From the NCBI GenBank assembly GCA_965140445.1, contig OZ223236.1:3904001-3968000 (forward strand): DNA of 64,000 nt, given 5' to 3'. Each line of letters starts with the position of its first letter. Positions within the stretch are counted from its first letter, which is position 1. A model generated the notes under the pieces. That model was not told the DNA's origin. It made no database searches and saw only the letters and a program-made list of their open reading frames with translations. The translations under genes were made by a program, and so were the position numbers. Shown one piece after another: positions 27,884 through 37,959 of this stretch. The stretch is from Candidatus Ozemobacteraceae bacterium. GTDB lineage: Bacteria; Muiribacteriota; Ozemobacteria; Ozemobacterales; Ozemobacteraceae.

Positions 27884-30715
27884 TTACTCCAATTCAGCAA
27901 ACAAGCTGCTATCCGGCTTTTTGTTAAGATAGTTTAACCAGTCCTCTGAAACATCAGGAGGAGCTTGTATTTCATTAAGATCATTAAACATAGTGGTTTC
28001 TAAAACATCCACACTATTTAATTCTTCAACCCCAACAGTGTCAATAGAAATTTGCCCATCTACCGCCGATTCCAAAGTCATTTCAGAATCACTTACAGGA
28101 ATATTCGAAACTTCTATTGGGGTCTCATTTTCAATCGGTTCATTTGTCGTGCCTTGTGTAGCTTCAGAAACAATTGTAGATTCTTCTGTGAGCTGCCTCT
28201 CAGATTCTATTTTTGGCTCAACAGCAAGCATTTCACCATAAAATCTGGAACTGGCAATTTGTCGGGATTTTAGATTTTCAATGGCTTCAAGCGCAAGTTT
28301 TCTTATTTCTTCATCTTCCTCATTTACGATCTTTTCGACCACAAAACACAACTCTTCAAACAAATCCCCTGAAACATACTTAAGCTTGCAAATCTTTTCC
28401 AAACCGCTTTTAACAACTGCAAAATCATATTGGTTAATCTCATTTGCAATAATTCCATACAAAGCAGCCTGGTCATCCAGATAAGCCCGAAAAAGTTTAT
28501 CAACCTGAAGTGACAAGCCAGAAGCAACTGAAGATTTATAAATATCAAGTGCCAAATCAAAACGGCCAGTACACACCAGAACTCGCCACAAATTCCACCA
28601 TAACTCGTCTTTCTGCGTTGCTTCCCAGGCTTTCTCAATAAGAAAAATACCCTCTTCAGGAATCAAATTAGCTGGCAATTCAAGAAAAGACTTTCCGATA
28701 AGTGAAAACATGTTTTTATCATCCGGAAAGCTTTCTAGATAAAGTTTTAAAAAACTAATATCTTCAACTTTTACCTCTCCGCTACTTTTTAAAAAAGTGC
28801 CCGTTTTTTCAATTAAAGAAAGGTTTTTTGGATTTAGAAGTGAATGCAAAATTAATAATTTCAATTCATCTTCACTTAGATTTGGTTTTCTTGCATATAT
28901 TCTTCCCAATGCATTTATGGCAATTGCGGAATCTGGAGAAATCTCCAGCAGGTTTTCAGCATACCTGCAAACCTTATCTGTATTCTTAATTTTCTGAGCG
29001 CATTTAATCATTAATTCGAAGATTTTGATGCGATCACTTTTATTGTTAAAAGACCCAAAACAGCTTTCCATTGATCTCAAAGCAAATGATGGGAAAATAA
29101 AACCAATTAAACTTACCCTGAAAAAATAAGTTGATTCGAACCAGGCAAAAAATGGCTTAATAAGCTTAGCCAATAAAATAAGAAAAATAGCAAAAACAAT
29201 AACAACAAAGGGCCTGCCCCGACCATGAATCCATAGAATCCAACCTGGTCCTGTCAAAAGTTCGGAATTTGGGTTTGCAGAAAAAGCAGCATCATAGAAT
29301 TTTTGTGCGTCATCATATTTTTGATTTGCCAATTTCAGTCTCAGCATCACATAATTCGCATAAAAGCTTTCTGTAGATTTTTCCAAAATCCTTTTTGAGT
29401 CATCTTCAAGCTCCATTGCCTCTTTTAATGCAAGCTTGTAATTCACCATAAGCTTCATTTCCCAAACATCTACCAACCTATCCATGGAGCTCATCAAACC
29501 GGGATTTTTATTCAAATGCAGTCTCAAAAGCTTCCATTGGGATTTTTCAAATAACTCCTGAGCCTTCTTGAATCTCTCCCTAACCTCTATTTTTGACTTA
29601 AAAATGGAGGTTTCAACCTCCTTAAGACGCTCTCGAAACTCAACACTGTCGGAAGAAATAAGCAAAAGCTCTTTTAGAATTCCTTTAATTTTTAATAAAT
29701 CCTGCTCTTCTTCTGCGAATGCCAATTCCTTTTTAAGATTTCTAATCTGAATTCTATAACGGTCATCAACACTCAAACGAGATACAGCAGCATTGTTCTT
29801 GTCGTAATTAATCTGCTTCTCAAGCTCTTTCCCAAATGGATTATTTGGATCAAGCAGCAAAGCCTGCTTGCAAAATTTCATTGCCTCTGCAAAATTCTTT
29901 TCCCGCAGAGACTTTGAAGCCAAACCAAGATTTCGCTCTATTTCTCTTGTTTTCTTTAGCTTCATCTCAAGCTTACTCAAAAGCTCAAAATCTGGTGAAA
30001 AAAATCGAATCTGATCAATCCATTCCACCGCGCCACTTATGTCGCCAGTTGCCAGTGAGACTTCAGCCTTTTCCGCAATAAGCTTTAGCCTTTTTCTGGA
30101 AAGAATTTCCATGTTTTTTAATTGATCTGAATATTCGCCTTTATGATGCTTGCTACTGCAAAGCACCCTAATAATGTGCCAGCGATAAATGGAAAACTCA
30201 GGTACATTTTTGAAACGGTTCTCTATTCGGCAAAGCAAATTATACCAATTTAAGGACAAGTCCAGATTTCCAATCTTCTGCTGCCATTTAAGAAATAAAA
30301 TACAAAAACGCATCAAATCTGTTTCTTTATTCTCTGACTCAAGAAAATCAAGAAGCTTATAATGTGAAAGTAAATTTTCCGGCTGCAATAAAACCAATTC
30401 TTCAAGAGAATTTTGATGTTCTACCTTTTCTTGAGCAGTTAAGGAAGCAATATTTACCTCATAGGTTTCTGAAGCTAAAATCCCACATAATAATTTTTTT
30501 GCACTGGAAGCCGTTTCATCAGCGTAGATCAGCTGCCTAAGTTCTATTTTTGCTGGAAGAAAGGCCCCAGAAGCAATTAACTCCTCCGCATTTGCCAACT
30601 TTTCCGAAAACAAAGACAGCTGTATTACAGAAGAGCTTTCGCTCCCAAATGAAATTCCGATAAAACAAAAGGGAAGCAAAAACAAAAACAGTGCAACTTT
30701 GTAATTTTTATTCAA
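27884..30715 (-). CDS. Large bitopic TPR-repeat protein with acidic C-terminal tail
   Basis: Signal peptide, TPR-like repeats (ALLLDPNN, AFSANPNS, LLEISPDS), central TM PFVVIVFAIFLILLA, E/D/S/T-rich tail. Confidence 0.75.
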   Translation of the reverse strand: MNKNYKVALFLFLLPFCFIGISFGSESSSVIQLSLFSEKLANAEELIASGAFLPAKIELRQLIYADETASSAKKLLCGILASETYEVNIASLTAQEKVEHQNSLEELVLLQPENLLSHYKLLDFLESENKETDLMRFCILFLKWQQKIGNLDLSLNWYNLLCRIENRFKNVPEFSIYRWHIIRVLCSSKHHKGEYSDQLKNMEILSRKRLKLIAEKAEVSLATGDISGAVEWIDQIRFFSPDFELLSKLEMKLKKTREIERNLGLASKSLREKNFAEAMKFCKQALLLDPNNPFGKELEKQINYDKNNAAVSRLSVDDRYRIQIRNLKKELAFAEEEQDLLKIKGILKELLLISSDSVEFRERLKEVETSIFKSKIEVRERFKKAQELFEKSQWKLLRLHLNKNPGLMSSMDRLVDVWEMKLMVNYKLALKEAMELEDDSKRILEKSTESFYANYVMLRLKLANQKYDDAQKFYDAAFSANPNSELLTGPGWILWIHGRGRPFVVIVFAIFLILLAKLIKPFFAWFESTYFFRVSLIGFIFPSFALRSMESCFGSFNNKSDRIKIFELMIKCAQKIKNTDKVCRYAENLLEISPDSAIAINALGRIYARKPNLSEDELKLLILHSLLNPKNLSLIEKTGTFLKSSGEVKVEDISFLKLYLESFPDDKNMFSLIGKSFLELPANLIPEEGIFLIEKAWEATQKDELWWNLWRVLVCTGRFDLALDIYKSSVASGLSLQVDKLFRAYLDDQAALYGIIANEINQYDFAVVKSGLEKICKLKYVSGDLFEELCFVVEKIVNEEDEEIRKLALEAIENLKSRQIASSRFYGEMLAVEPKIESERQLTEESTIVSEATQGTTNEPIENETPIEVSNIPVSDSEMTLESAVDGQISIDTVGVEELNSVDVLETTMFNDLNEIQAPPDVSEDWLNYLNKKPDSSLFAELE

Positions 30716-30802
30716 ACCAATATCCTCTTAAGGTTTATCAAGAACGTCTCTTATGTTAGCATAATAGCAAATATTTTCCATGCTGAGAAAAGAGGAAATC
30801 TG

Positions 30803-32665
30803 ATGAGCATTAAATTTACCAGCTTTGACTCAATGACAAAGCAAAATAAAATTACAGCCTTAATGCATGTAAAAGAACAAAAATCTCAGCGCAAAGATGA
30901 TTACTACTTAACTCTCCACGCCATGCTTTCAAATGACACGCAGGTTTGTCTTGCCGCAAAGATGGTGAGTAGTATTTTTAAGGATCAACCATTTTTTCTT
31001 GATTTATCTGGCTTAACTCAAGATGAAGTAAAAGAAAAAGTTGGAGAATTTATGCGGCAAAATATTGGCTTTGGCCCTGAAATAGTTGCCCTGGATTCTC
31101 GCGATGAAAAGCAGTTATTGTCACAAGAATTACAGAAAAAACAGAAAAAATACGATCTGTTAAAAGAATGGGATGGAAATTTTCCTCCTGGAGCAGCAAT
31201 TTTAAACACCCTGCGGAGAGACACACAGGAGCTGATCAGGTCAGCGCTTTTAAAAGACGAAGAAATTGAAAGGACTTACATTTGTTTTTATAACGAAACG
31301 CTAGAGCCATTTAAGGATTTAAACAGGTCTCTTGACAGCAACTCTGCAACCACAGTTGTTAATCTAAGCAGAATAAGAAACCCGGGACAAATTTCTCCCG
31401 CACTGGAAGGCCTTTTTTCTAATCTTGAGCGTCCAATTTATCTATTAGCCCTTTTCTCATCTAAAAGAGGATTTTTCTTTTTAAGAGATTCCCTTAGAAC
31501 TTCTAATGCTGCAATCACAGCATTTAATTTTCAGCAGGTGATAAATGTAAAAACAACCAAGGACGGACAATGGACAGGAATTGAAATAGAAACACCGCAA
31601 GATCTATTGAAATTCCCAATGATGGAAGCAAAAGATGCCCACGATGCAAGCGTCTTTCTGAGAGAAAAAAGTGTAGAGTCAATTGAAGCCGAAGAAGGTT
31701 TTATTGAAAGGGACTTTGAAAAAGAACTCAAAAAACTTGATATGCTTTTTAAAGCAAAAGCATTAAAAAATAGCGAATACATATTCAGAAAATCCAGACT
31801 CCAGAAAATGGAATTAGAAAAGTTCTCAGACGCCAATATTGAGCTGCTTCTTGCTAAAAGATTTTCAAATTCTGAGATGGGCGAATCCTTTGATCAACAA
31901 CTTCTGAACAAGTTTACTTTTGAAAAGACCATTATGTTCACAGACATCGTTGGCTTTTCGTTAAAAGCTTCGGAAAAGCGCTTACTGGACACCATGACCC
32001 TACTGGCCGTACATGACAAGCTCTTGATGCCAATGATTGAAAAGTATGAAGGGGTATTGATAAAAAAGATTGGTGACGCGCTGATGGTTCGCTTTGATGA
32101 TCCTTGCAAAGCCTGCCTTGCTGCAAAAGAGATGCAGGACAGACTCAATGATTTTAACAGGAAAAGCAAAGAAAAAATATTTATAAGAATCGGCCTAAAT
32201 ACAGGAACGGTTTTTGTAAAAAACGATGACGCTTTTGGAGATGCTGTAAATGTTGCCGCGAGAATGGAATCACTTGCAAAACCAGGAAGAATATTTCTTA
32301 CCAAGAAAACTTTTGAACTAGTTAAAGAAGATATAAAGTGCGAGCTTCTTGGAGAGTTTTCAATAAAAGGAAAACCTGAGCCAATAGAAGTTTTCTCAAT
32401 TATTGATCAAACGAACCAATATGAAATGGAAGAACTTGCGGCAAAAGTAATGGAAGGCATTGGCAAAAAAGTCAATAATGCCCAGCCTACAAAATCTGAG
32501 CCAAAAAACCACCTGGAGTTAATGGTTTCATCGATTGATTCATCCATAACAAGTTATAAAAACGCAGTTAAACAAGGATACCCAAGAAATGGTGACCTTG
32601 AAGACTGGTTTGCAAGATACGAAGAATTCTTGAAACCATATCTTTCAAAGTCTTCCAAAAATTAA
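30803..32665 (+). CDS. Soluble class III adenylate cyclase with uncharacterised N-terminal region
   Basis: FTDIVGFS, KKIGDALM, RIGLNTG, DAFGDAVNVAARMES, IKGKPEP. Confidence 0.88.
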   Translation: MSIKFTSFDSMTKQNKITALMHVKEQKSQRKDDYYLTLHAMLSNDTQVCLAAKMVSSIFKDQPFFLDLSGLTQDEVKEKVGEFMRQNIGFGPEIVALDSRDEKQLLSQELQKKQKKYDLLKEWDGNFPPGAAILNTLRRDTQELIRSALLKDEEIERTYICFYNETLEPFKDLNRSLDSNSATTVVNLSRIRNPGQISPALEGLFSNLERPIYLLALFSSKRGFFFLRDSLRTSNAAITAFNFQQVINVKTTKDGQWTGIEIETPQDLLKFPMMEAKDAHDASVFLREKSVESIEAEEGFIERDFEKELKKLDMLFKAKALKNSEYIFRKSRLQKMELEKFSDANIELLLAKRFSNSEMGESFDQQLLNKFTFEKTIMFTDIVGFSLKASEKRLLDTMTLLAVHDKLLMPMIEKYEGVLIKKIGDALMVRFDDPCKACLAAKEMQDRLNDFNRKSKEKIFIRIGLNTGTVFVKNDDAFGDAVNVAARMESLAKPGRIFLTKKTFELVKEDIKCELLGEFSIKGKPEPIEVFSIIDQTNQYEMEELAAKVMEGIGKKVNNAQPTKSEPKNHLELMVSSIDSSITSYKNAVKQGYPRNGDLEDWFARYEEFLKPYLSKSSKN

Positions 32666-32667
32666 TC

Positions 32668-33663
32668 TTAGTCCTCAGAAAAGATAGAACCAAACTCGAA
32701 AATCAACGTTCTCCCTTTATTCCATCCTGATTCAAATTCTTTTCCAGTAATCTTTGTAAGCGTTTCCGGGTTCTTTGTCTTGCTGGAATACTCAGTGCTG
32801 GTAAGTAAAAGAAGGGAACTTAAAAATTTGTTTCCAGGTTTATGAGGCATGGGCAAATCTTTCCAATTATCAAATACCATAGGCTTGGCAGGTAGTTTAA
32901 GAATGTTTACTTTAGCTGGCATATTTCCTTTGGCAATAGAAGAAGAGCCTATAAAGTAATAACAATCTTTGTCCGGTCCAGTTACTTCAACTAATTCTTT
33001 TTTATAAGCACTCAATAGGGCACGATGAAAAGCAATAACCCCGCCTGCACTCATTCGAGCATTGTTCGAATCACCTTTTGATGGATCTAAAGACGGTTTC
33101 AAATACAACGAGTAAAAGAAAATAGATTTCCCAAATTCATTTTGAAAAATTGGGTTATTTTTCTCTACATACATCCCTGGAAATGGGTTCTGCTCTGAAA
33201 ACTTTGTATTAGAGTTTGCTATAAAACATTTTTTAAAAAAAATCCTGCTTCGGCTAGCCATATAGGTGCTTAACTCAGCTCCGCCTAAGGGAAGATCAAA
33301 TCTAAACTTTCCCGGGATTTTTCCAATAATTTTCAGGTGACTAAAGCTTTTAGGAAATCTGTATAGCTTAATAAAAAGATTCATCCCCTTTGTTTCCCCG
33401 GAGTAATTGGGGGTAAACCCCATTTTTAAAAGATCTTCCAGTCTGATGTTGGAAATATCAGGCAAGCTTTCCTCTACAAAATTAAAAGGAACAACTTTCT
33501 CCAGATTTTTGTTCTTTAAATCAACCTGTGTCTGGTCTATGAAAGCAACGTTAAATCCGTATTCTCCGTCAACTTCCCAGCCTTCCGATCCTGGCCACAA
33601 TTCCGCAAAAACACATTGAGCAACAAGTAAAAGAGTTAGAAGGCAGACAAATCTTTTCATTAG
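32668..33663 (-). CDS. Hypothetical secreted protein
   Basis: Signal peptide MKRFVCLLTLLLVAQCVFA; exact start uncertain (33666/33660). Confidence 0.7.
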   Translation of the reverse strand, partial: LMKRFVCLLTLLLVAQCVFAELWPGSEGWEVDGEYGFNVAFIDQTQVDLKNKNLEKVVPFNFVEESLPDISNIRLEDLLKMGFTPNYSGETKGMNLFIKLYRFPKSFSHLKIIGKIPGKFRFDLPLGGAELSTYMASRSRIFFKKCFIANSNTKFSEQNPFPGMYVEKNNPIFQNEFGKSIFFYSLYLKPSLDPSKGDSNNARMSAGGVIAFHRALLSAYKKELVEVTGPDKDCYYFIGSSSIAKGNMPAKVNILKLPAKPMVFDNWKDLPMPHKPGNKFLSSLLLLTSTEYSSKTKNPETLTKITGKEFESGWNKGRTLIFEFGSIFSED

Positions 33664-33841
33664 CATCTCCGTAAACCTGATATTACCTTTAGCTTAGTTT
33701 TGTAAGTCATTCATGTCAAATATGGAGTTTATGTGTTTGCATGAATTTAACTGCAAATTAACTCCAATACTTGTCTAAATAATATTTAATTTGCCTTGAA
33801 GCTTAAGACATATTGAGCATCTTTATAATGGAGGTTAATAA

Positions 33842-34036
33842 ATGAACAACACAGAAAAAAAAGATAATGATGAGAATAAAGCGAACGAAGAAACTGAGGA
33901 CATTTATAAAAAATTAAATGCCTTCAAGCCGCTTAGCCTACGGCCGAAAAAGCACCCTTGTAAGGACTGTTATAATTGCTTATACTGCAATGAAATGCGC
34001 TGTCAAGTCTGCATGAGAAACAAAGAAACCAAATAA
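33842..34036 (+). CDS. Small cysteine-rich protein (CxxCxxCxxC-x4-CxxC)
   Basis: GGAGG RBS; HPCKDCYNCLYCNEMRCQVC. Confidence 0.75.
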   Translation: MNNTEKKDNDENKANEETEDIYKKLNAFKPLSLRPKKHPCKDCYNCLYCNEMRCQVCMRNKETK

Positions 34037-34067
34037 TGCTTCCTGACATAAAAGGAATTATTTAACA

Positions 34068-35249
34068 ATGTCCAACTGTTTTTACTGTCTATATAAAATA
34101 GATAAACAATTTGGAGCCATAGCCTGGCAATCAAATGAAATTGTTGCTCTGGTTCTTCCTGATCAGACAGCTGCACAAGCGAAAAGGTCAATTCTAAAAA
34201 AGAATCCTGATGCACAGGAAACCACCCCAACAGACTTTGTTAATGAATTACTTGTTGAAATAAAAAATTATTTTGCCGGAACTGATGCAAACTTCAAGCC
34301 TTTCAAACTTTCATTTTCAGGGATGTCAGAGTTTACCAGAATAATCTACAAAACCTTGAAAAGAATACCCCCCGGAGAGACCCTTTCTTACTCTGAGTTA
34401 GCTACCCTGGCTGGCAAAAAAGGCTCTGCCCGAGCCGTAGGAACGGCTTTAAAGAATAACCCACTTCCTTTAATCATCCCCTGTCACCGGGTTGTAAAAT
34501 CCAACTACGATCTTGGGGAATTCAATTCTTCAGCAGGAGCTTCAACCAAAGCCAGAATGCTAAGCCTTGAAGGATTAAAACTGGATGGCTACAAAATTTC
34601 CAAAGCTAAAACATTTTCAGATATAGATATTCATGAAGCAATCAGATATCTTTCAGAAGCTGACACCCAACTAGGAAAGTTTATCGAAAAAGCTCCAAAG
34701 TTTAATCTGGAAACAAACCCAGCGCAGAGCACTTTTCATTCACTATGTGAGGCAGTTGTATATCAACAATTAACCGGTAAAGCCGCAGCGACTATTTTTA
34801 GCAGATTAATGGGGCTTTATGGTAAGCCGGCTATATTGCGTCCTTTCGATGTCGTTCGCACAGACTTCGATGAGCTTAGGAAAGTTGGCTTATCCAGGAA
34901 CAAAGCCCTTGCGATCCAAAGCCTTGCCGAAAGCGCCATTTCAAAGAACCTTCCCGATGTAAATAAACTTCGGTCAATGCAAAATTACGAGATTATAAGA
35001 GTTTTAACCAGAATAAAAGGAATTGGAAAATGGACAGCAGAAATGTTTCTGATCTTCCGTTTGGGACGAACAGATGTTTTATCTACTGGAGATTTAGGAC
35101 TGCAAAAGGGACTTGCGAAAATAAGAAAAACGAACCATCTCCCAAGTCCTGTTGAACTTGGAAGACAAGGTAAAACATGGATGCCTTATAGATCAATTGC
35201 TTCCTGGTATTTATGGAGAGCCGCGGAAACAAGAACTATAAGCAAATAG
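34068..35249 (+). CDS. Fusion of methylated-DNA-protein-cysteine methyltransferase (Ogt) and AlkA-type 3-methyladenine DNA glycosylase
   Basis: IPPGETLSY..ARAVG..NPLPLIIPCHRV then YQQLTGKAA, IKGIGKWTAEM, DLG, WMPYRS. Confidence 0.92.
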   Translation: MSNCFYCLYKIDKQFGAIAWQSNEIVALVLPDQTAAQAKRSILKKNPDAQETTPTDFVNELLVEIKNYFAGTDANFKPFKLSFSGMSEFTRIIYKTLKRIPPGETLSYSELATLAGKKGSARAVGTALKNNPLPLIIPCHRVVKSNYDLGEFNSSAGASTKARMLSLEGLKLDGYKISKAKTFSDIDIHEAIRYLSEADTQLGKFIEKAPKFNLETNPAQSTFHSLCEAVVYQQLTGKAAATIFSRLMGLYGKPAILRPFDVVRTDFDELRKVGLSRNKALAIQSLAESAISKNLPDVNKLRSMQNYEIIRVLTRIKGIGKWTAEMFLIFRLGRTDVLSTGDLGLQKGLAKIRKTNHLPSPVELGRQGKTWMPYRSIASWYLWRAAETRTISK

Positions 35250-35258
35250 ATCTGAGAA

Positions 35259-36011
35259 CTAAGCCGTAGCCTTTTTCTCCAACCAAATTTGATATCCTTC
35301 TTTAATCTTTTTTATCCTTGATTCCCGCAATTTTTCGATGCTATGGGAAAAAGGCCCCGCAGAGCTTCTTGAAAGTTCCCCGTATCTCTCAAGATAAGCC
35401 TGGCTGATCTCCTTCTCAGTTGAGCCATTAGAAACTCCAATAAGATTGAAAAAGTCACTTAAAACAAGCTGTTCTCTCAATCTTTTTGCCTGACCAAAGT
35501 AGTCAAATACTTGGGAACAATAAAACAATGGTTGTCGAGCGCCTGGAAGAAACCCAAACACTACAACCTCAGGCATTTTTACTGGAGCTTTTGCTTTTAA
35601 GCCCATAGCCGAAAATAAGTGCTTCCATATTGAGGGAAGCACCCACCCCTGTTCTGGAATAAACAAATCAGTTACGCTGTACCCGCCCTCTGGAAATGGA
35701 CCAAATTTTTTCCCACAAACGTAATTCTCTATTTCGTTTTCTCTATACCCCATGTACGGCTCAAAAAGACGCAAGCCTTCCATATCCGCAATAAAAGCAC
35801 AAAGGAACAAATGTTGATCAAGCCCTTTCTTCAGATCTAACTCGATCTTAATACGAATGCCATCTAGTCTTCTATTCCCACTTTCAAAGAAGACATCACT
35901 GATTTTTATTGATCCGTAACCATTTTGAGAACTTTTAGAGCTTAGAGCAGAGAACCAGGAACCAAATTCGCGCCACTTAAATGGAAGAGCAAATTTCTCT
36001 GTATTGCTCAT
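35259..36011 (-). CDS. Hypothetical protein with degenerate C-terminal J-domain-like segment
   Basis: DFFNLIGVSNGSTEKEISQAY...KKIKEGYQI, no HPD; GAGGGG RBS before ATG 36011. Confidence 0.6.
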   Translation of the reverse strand: MSNTEKFALPFKWREFGSWFSALSSKSSQNGYGSIKISDVFFESGNRRLDGIRIKIELDLKKGLDQHLFLCAFIADMEGLRLFEPYMGYRENEIENYVCGKKFGPFPEGGYSVTDLFIPEQGWVLPSIWKHLFSAMGLKAKAPVKMPEVVVFGFLPGARQPLFYCSQVFDYFGQAKRLREQLVLSDFFNLIGVSNGSTEKEISQAYLERYGELSRSSAGPFSHSIEKLRESRIKKIKEGYQIWLEKKATA

Positions 36012-36145
36012 GTTCCCCTCCTTATCTTTCTCTACTATAATTGTACTCATTTTTGTAGAAATTGTTACCATAATTTACACTTTTTTTTTCTGCTTGAAAC
36101 TTTTGTTATTAGCTCCTATGCTGTAATCTAAAGCCGGAGGGAATC

Positions 36146-37927
36146 ATGAACAACTTATTAAAAATCATGTTAATTTTGTGCACATTTCTTTTTTGGTGCC
36201 CTTCGTGCTTTAGCGAAGGGTTTTCTTCAGAAGTTATGCACATAAATGCGGCGGGATTCCCTAAAATTTCAACTACAATTAAAGTTTTCAATAAAACCCC
36301 GGAAATTGTAAAATCCGAAAATTTTCGTATTACAGAAGACAAACTTCCAGTTGCAACATTTTCGCTAGATTTGTTAAAACAGAAACAATTTATCTTGATC
36401 ATTTTAGATCGATCTTCCAGCATAAAACCGGCAGTGAACCAGGTGAAACAAGCAGCCTCAAATTTTGCCAGGAGCCTGAATGGAAAATCAAATCTAGCTC
36501 TAATGTCATTTGGAAGCGATATAGATTTTAGTCAAAACTTCACGACTGATACTGGTTCAATATTAGAAGCAATAAGAAAAGTCCGCCCCTGGGGAGGTAC
36601 GGCACTTTATGATGCAATTTACACTGGTTGTGAAGAATTGTCTTCCAAAGCAGGAAGAAATGATCTGAAAACAATCGTTTGCCTGACAGATGGAGTGGAC
36701 TCCACACCAAATGGGAAAAAGCCGATGTCCATCAAGAAACCCGAGGAAGTGTATACTCTTGCCAACAAAAATAAAATTAGAATAGTTACCGTTGGCCTTG
36801 GGAACGAAATTGATTCGACCATTTTAACAAAATTTGCAACAAAAACAGGTGGGTGGTATCTACAAGCCAGTTCTGCCGGACAACTTAACAGTCTCTATGC
36901 CGCTCTTAGCAAAAGAATACAACTGGAAAAATACTACCGATTAACATACTTAACCCCGGACCCAAAATTTAACGGCACCATTAGATACCTGGAAATTTCA
37001 TCACAATTCAAAGGCGAAAAAGACCAGGGAAAAGGATCTTACCGTGCCCCAAATAATCCGCCAAAGCAACTATCAGTAGTAAAAAATAGTTTAAATGGAG
37101 CTGATTCAAAAAACGCGAACAAAGGAGCGACCTTTTCTATTACCAGCCTATTCCTAGACCTCAAGATTTCAGATCCTGACAGAGCTTTCCTAACTGGTCC
37201 AATCATCCCACCTCCCCCATCACCAATTTTTGGTTTAAATGCTGCTGCTCTGGTTTCTTTGGATGCCAATGAACAAACAAATTTAATTAATCAAAAAGCT
37301 CTTGATCTTGAAAATGCTCACGCCAATGAGCTCCAGAAACAATACCGCTATCTTGATAGCTTTACAAACGGGCTGGATAGGATTTCAAAGTTGAACGAGG
37401 AAAAAAGCAAAATTCCAAGCCCACAACAATTTGAGCTGGACAGAATCGAATACAGACGAAGAGTAATCGATTTTAGGAAACAACAAATTTCTCTCATCAA
37501 AAACAAATGCTATGAAATCTACACTATCAAACTTGATTGCAGCCTAAAGGAAAATGAACTTCTAAGGAAAGAATTTGTTGATGGAATAGAGCTATCAGCA
37601 AGTGATCACCTTGAAATAGATAAACTAGAAAGAGACAAAATCTGGGAAATTGAAAAGAAGTATGATAGTGAAATAGAAGCCGTTAGCAGAAAAGAAGCGG
37701 CGATGTACAAAGAATTTGCTCCCAAAAGAGAGGCCAACGTCGAATCCAATCTTGTAGAGATAAAAAACCTTTTTAATGCTGATTCAGAAGGAAACATCGA
37801 ATCTACCAATTCTTTTGGCGAAGAAATAGAAAACGATTATAGCCCCAATTCCCAAATAGATGAACTTGACAACAAGATCGATGATGAAATTAAAAATTCT
37901 CTACACAACATTAAGACACTTGATTAA
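36146..37927 (+). CDS. Exported vWA domain protein with coiled-coil, acidic C-terminus
   Basis: MIDAS LDRSSSI, GGTALYDAI, CLTDG; signal peptide; GGAGGG RBS. Confidence 0.85.
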   Translation: MNNLLKIMLILCTFLFWCPSCFSEGFSSEVMHINAAGFPKISTTIKVFNKTPEIVKSENFRITEDKLPVATFSLDLLKQKQFILIILDRSSSIKPAVNQVKQAASNFARSLNGKSNLALMSFGSDIDFSQNFTTDTGSILEAIRKVRPWGGTALYDAIYTGCEELSSKAGRNDLKTIVCLTDGVDSTPNGKKPMSIKKPEEVYTLANKNKIRIVTVGLGNEIDSTILTKFATKTGGWYLQASSAGQLNSLYAALSKRIQLEKYYRLTYLTPDPKFNGTIRYLEISSQFKGEKDQGKGSYRAPNNPPKQLSVVKNSLNGADSKNANKGATFSITSLFLDLKISDPDRAFLTGPIIPPPPSPIFGLNAAALVSLDANEQTNLINQKALDLENAHANELQKQYRYLDSFTNGLDRISKLNEEKSKIPSPQQFELDRIEYRRRVIDFRKQQISLIKNKCYEIYTIKLDCSLKENELLRKEFVDGIELSASDHLEIDKLERDKIWEIEKKYDSEIEAVSRKEAAMYKEFAPKREANVESNLVEIKNLFNADSEGNIESTNSFGEEIENDYSPNSQIDELDNKIDDEIKNSLHNIKTLD

Positions 37928-37959
37928 ACAAATTACCAACCATTGAAAACTCATAAAAA

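Noticed and set aside
22618..32665. Pycsar-type anti-phage cyclases
   Set aside because: Both cyclases keep adenine-selecting Lys/Asp residues and there is no adjacent cNMP-binding TIR or TM effector
33720..33770. Imperfect hairpin and AATTTAACT[G/C]CA direct repeat between divergent genes
   Set aside because: Short, AT-rich and imperfect; cannot be distinguished from chance
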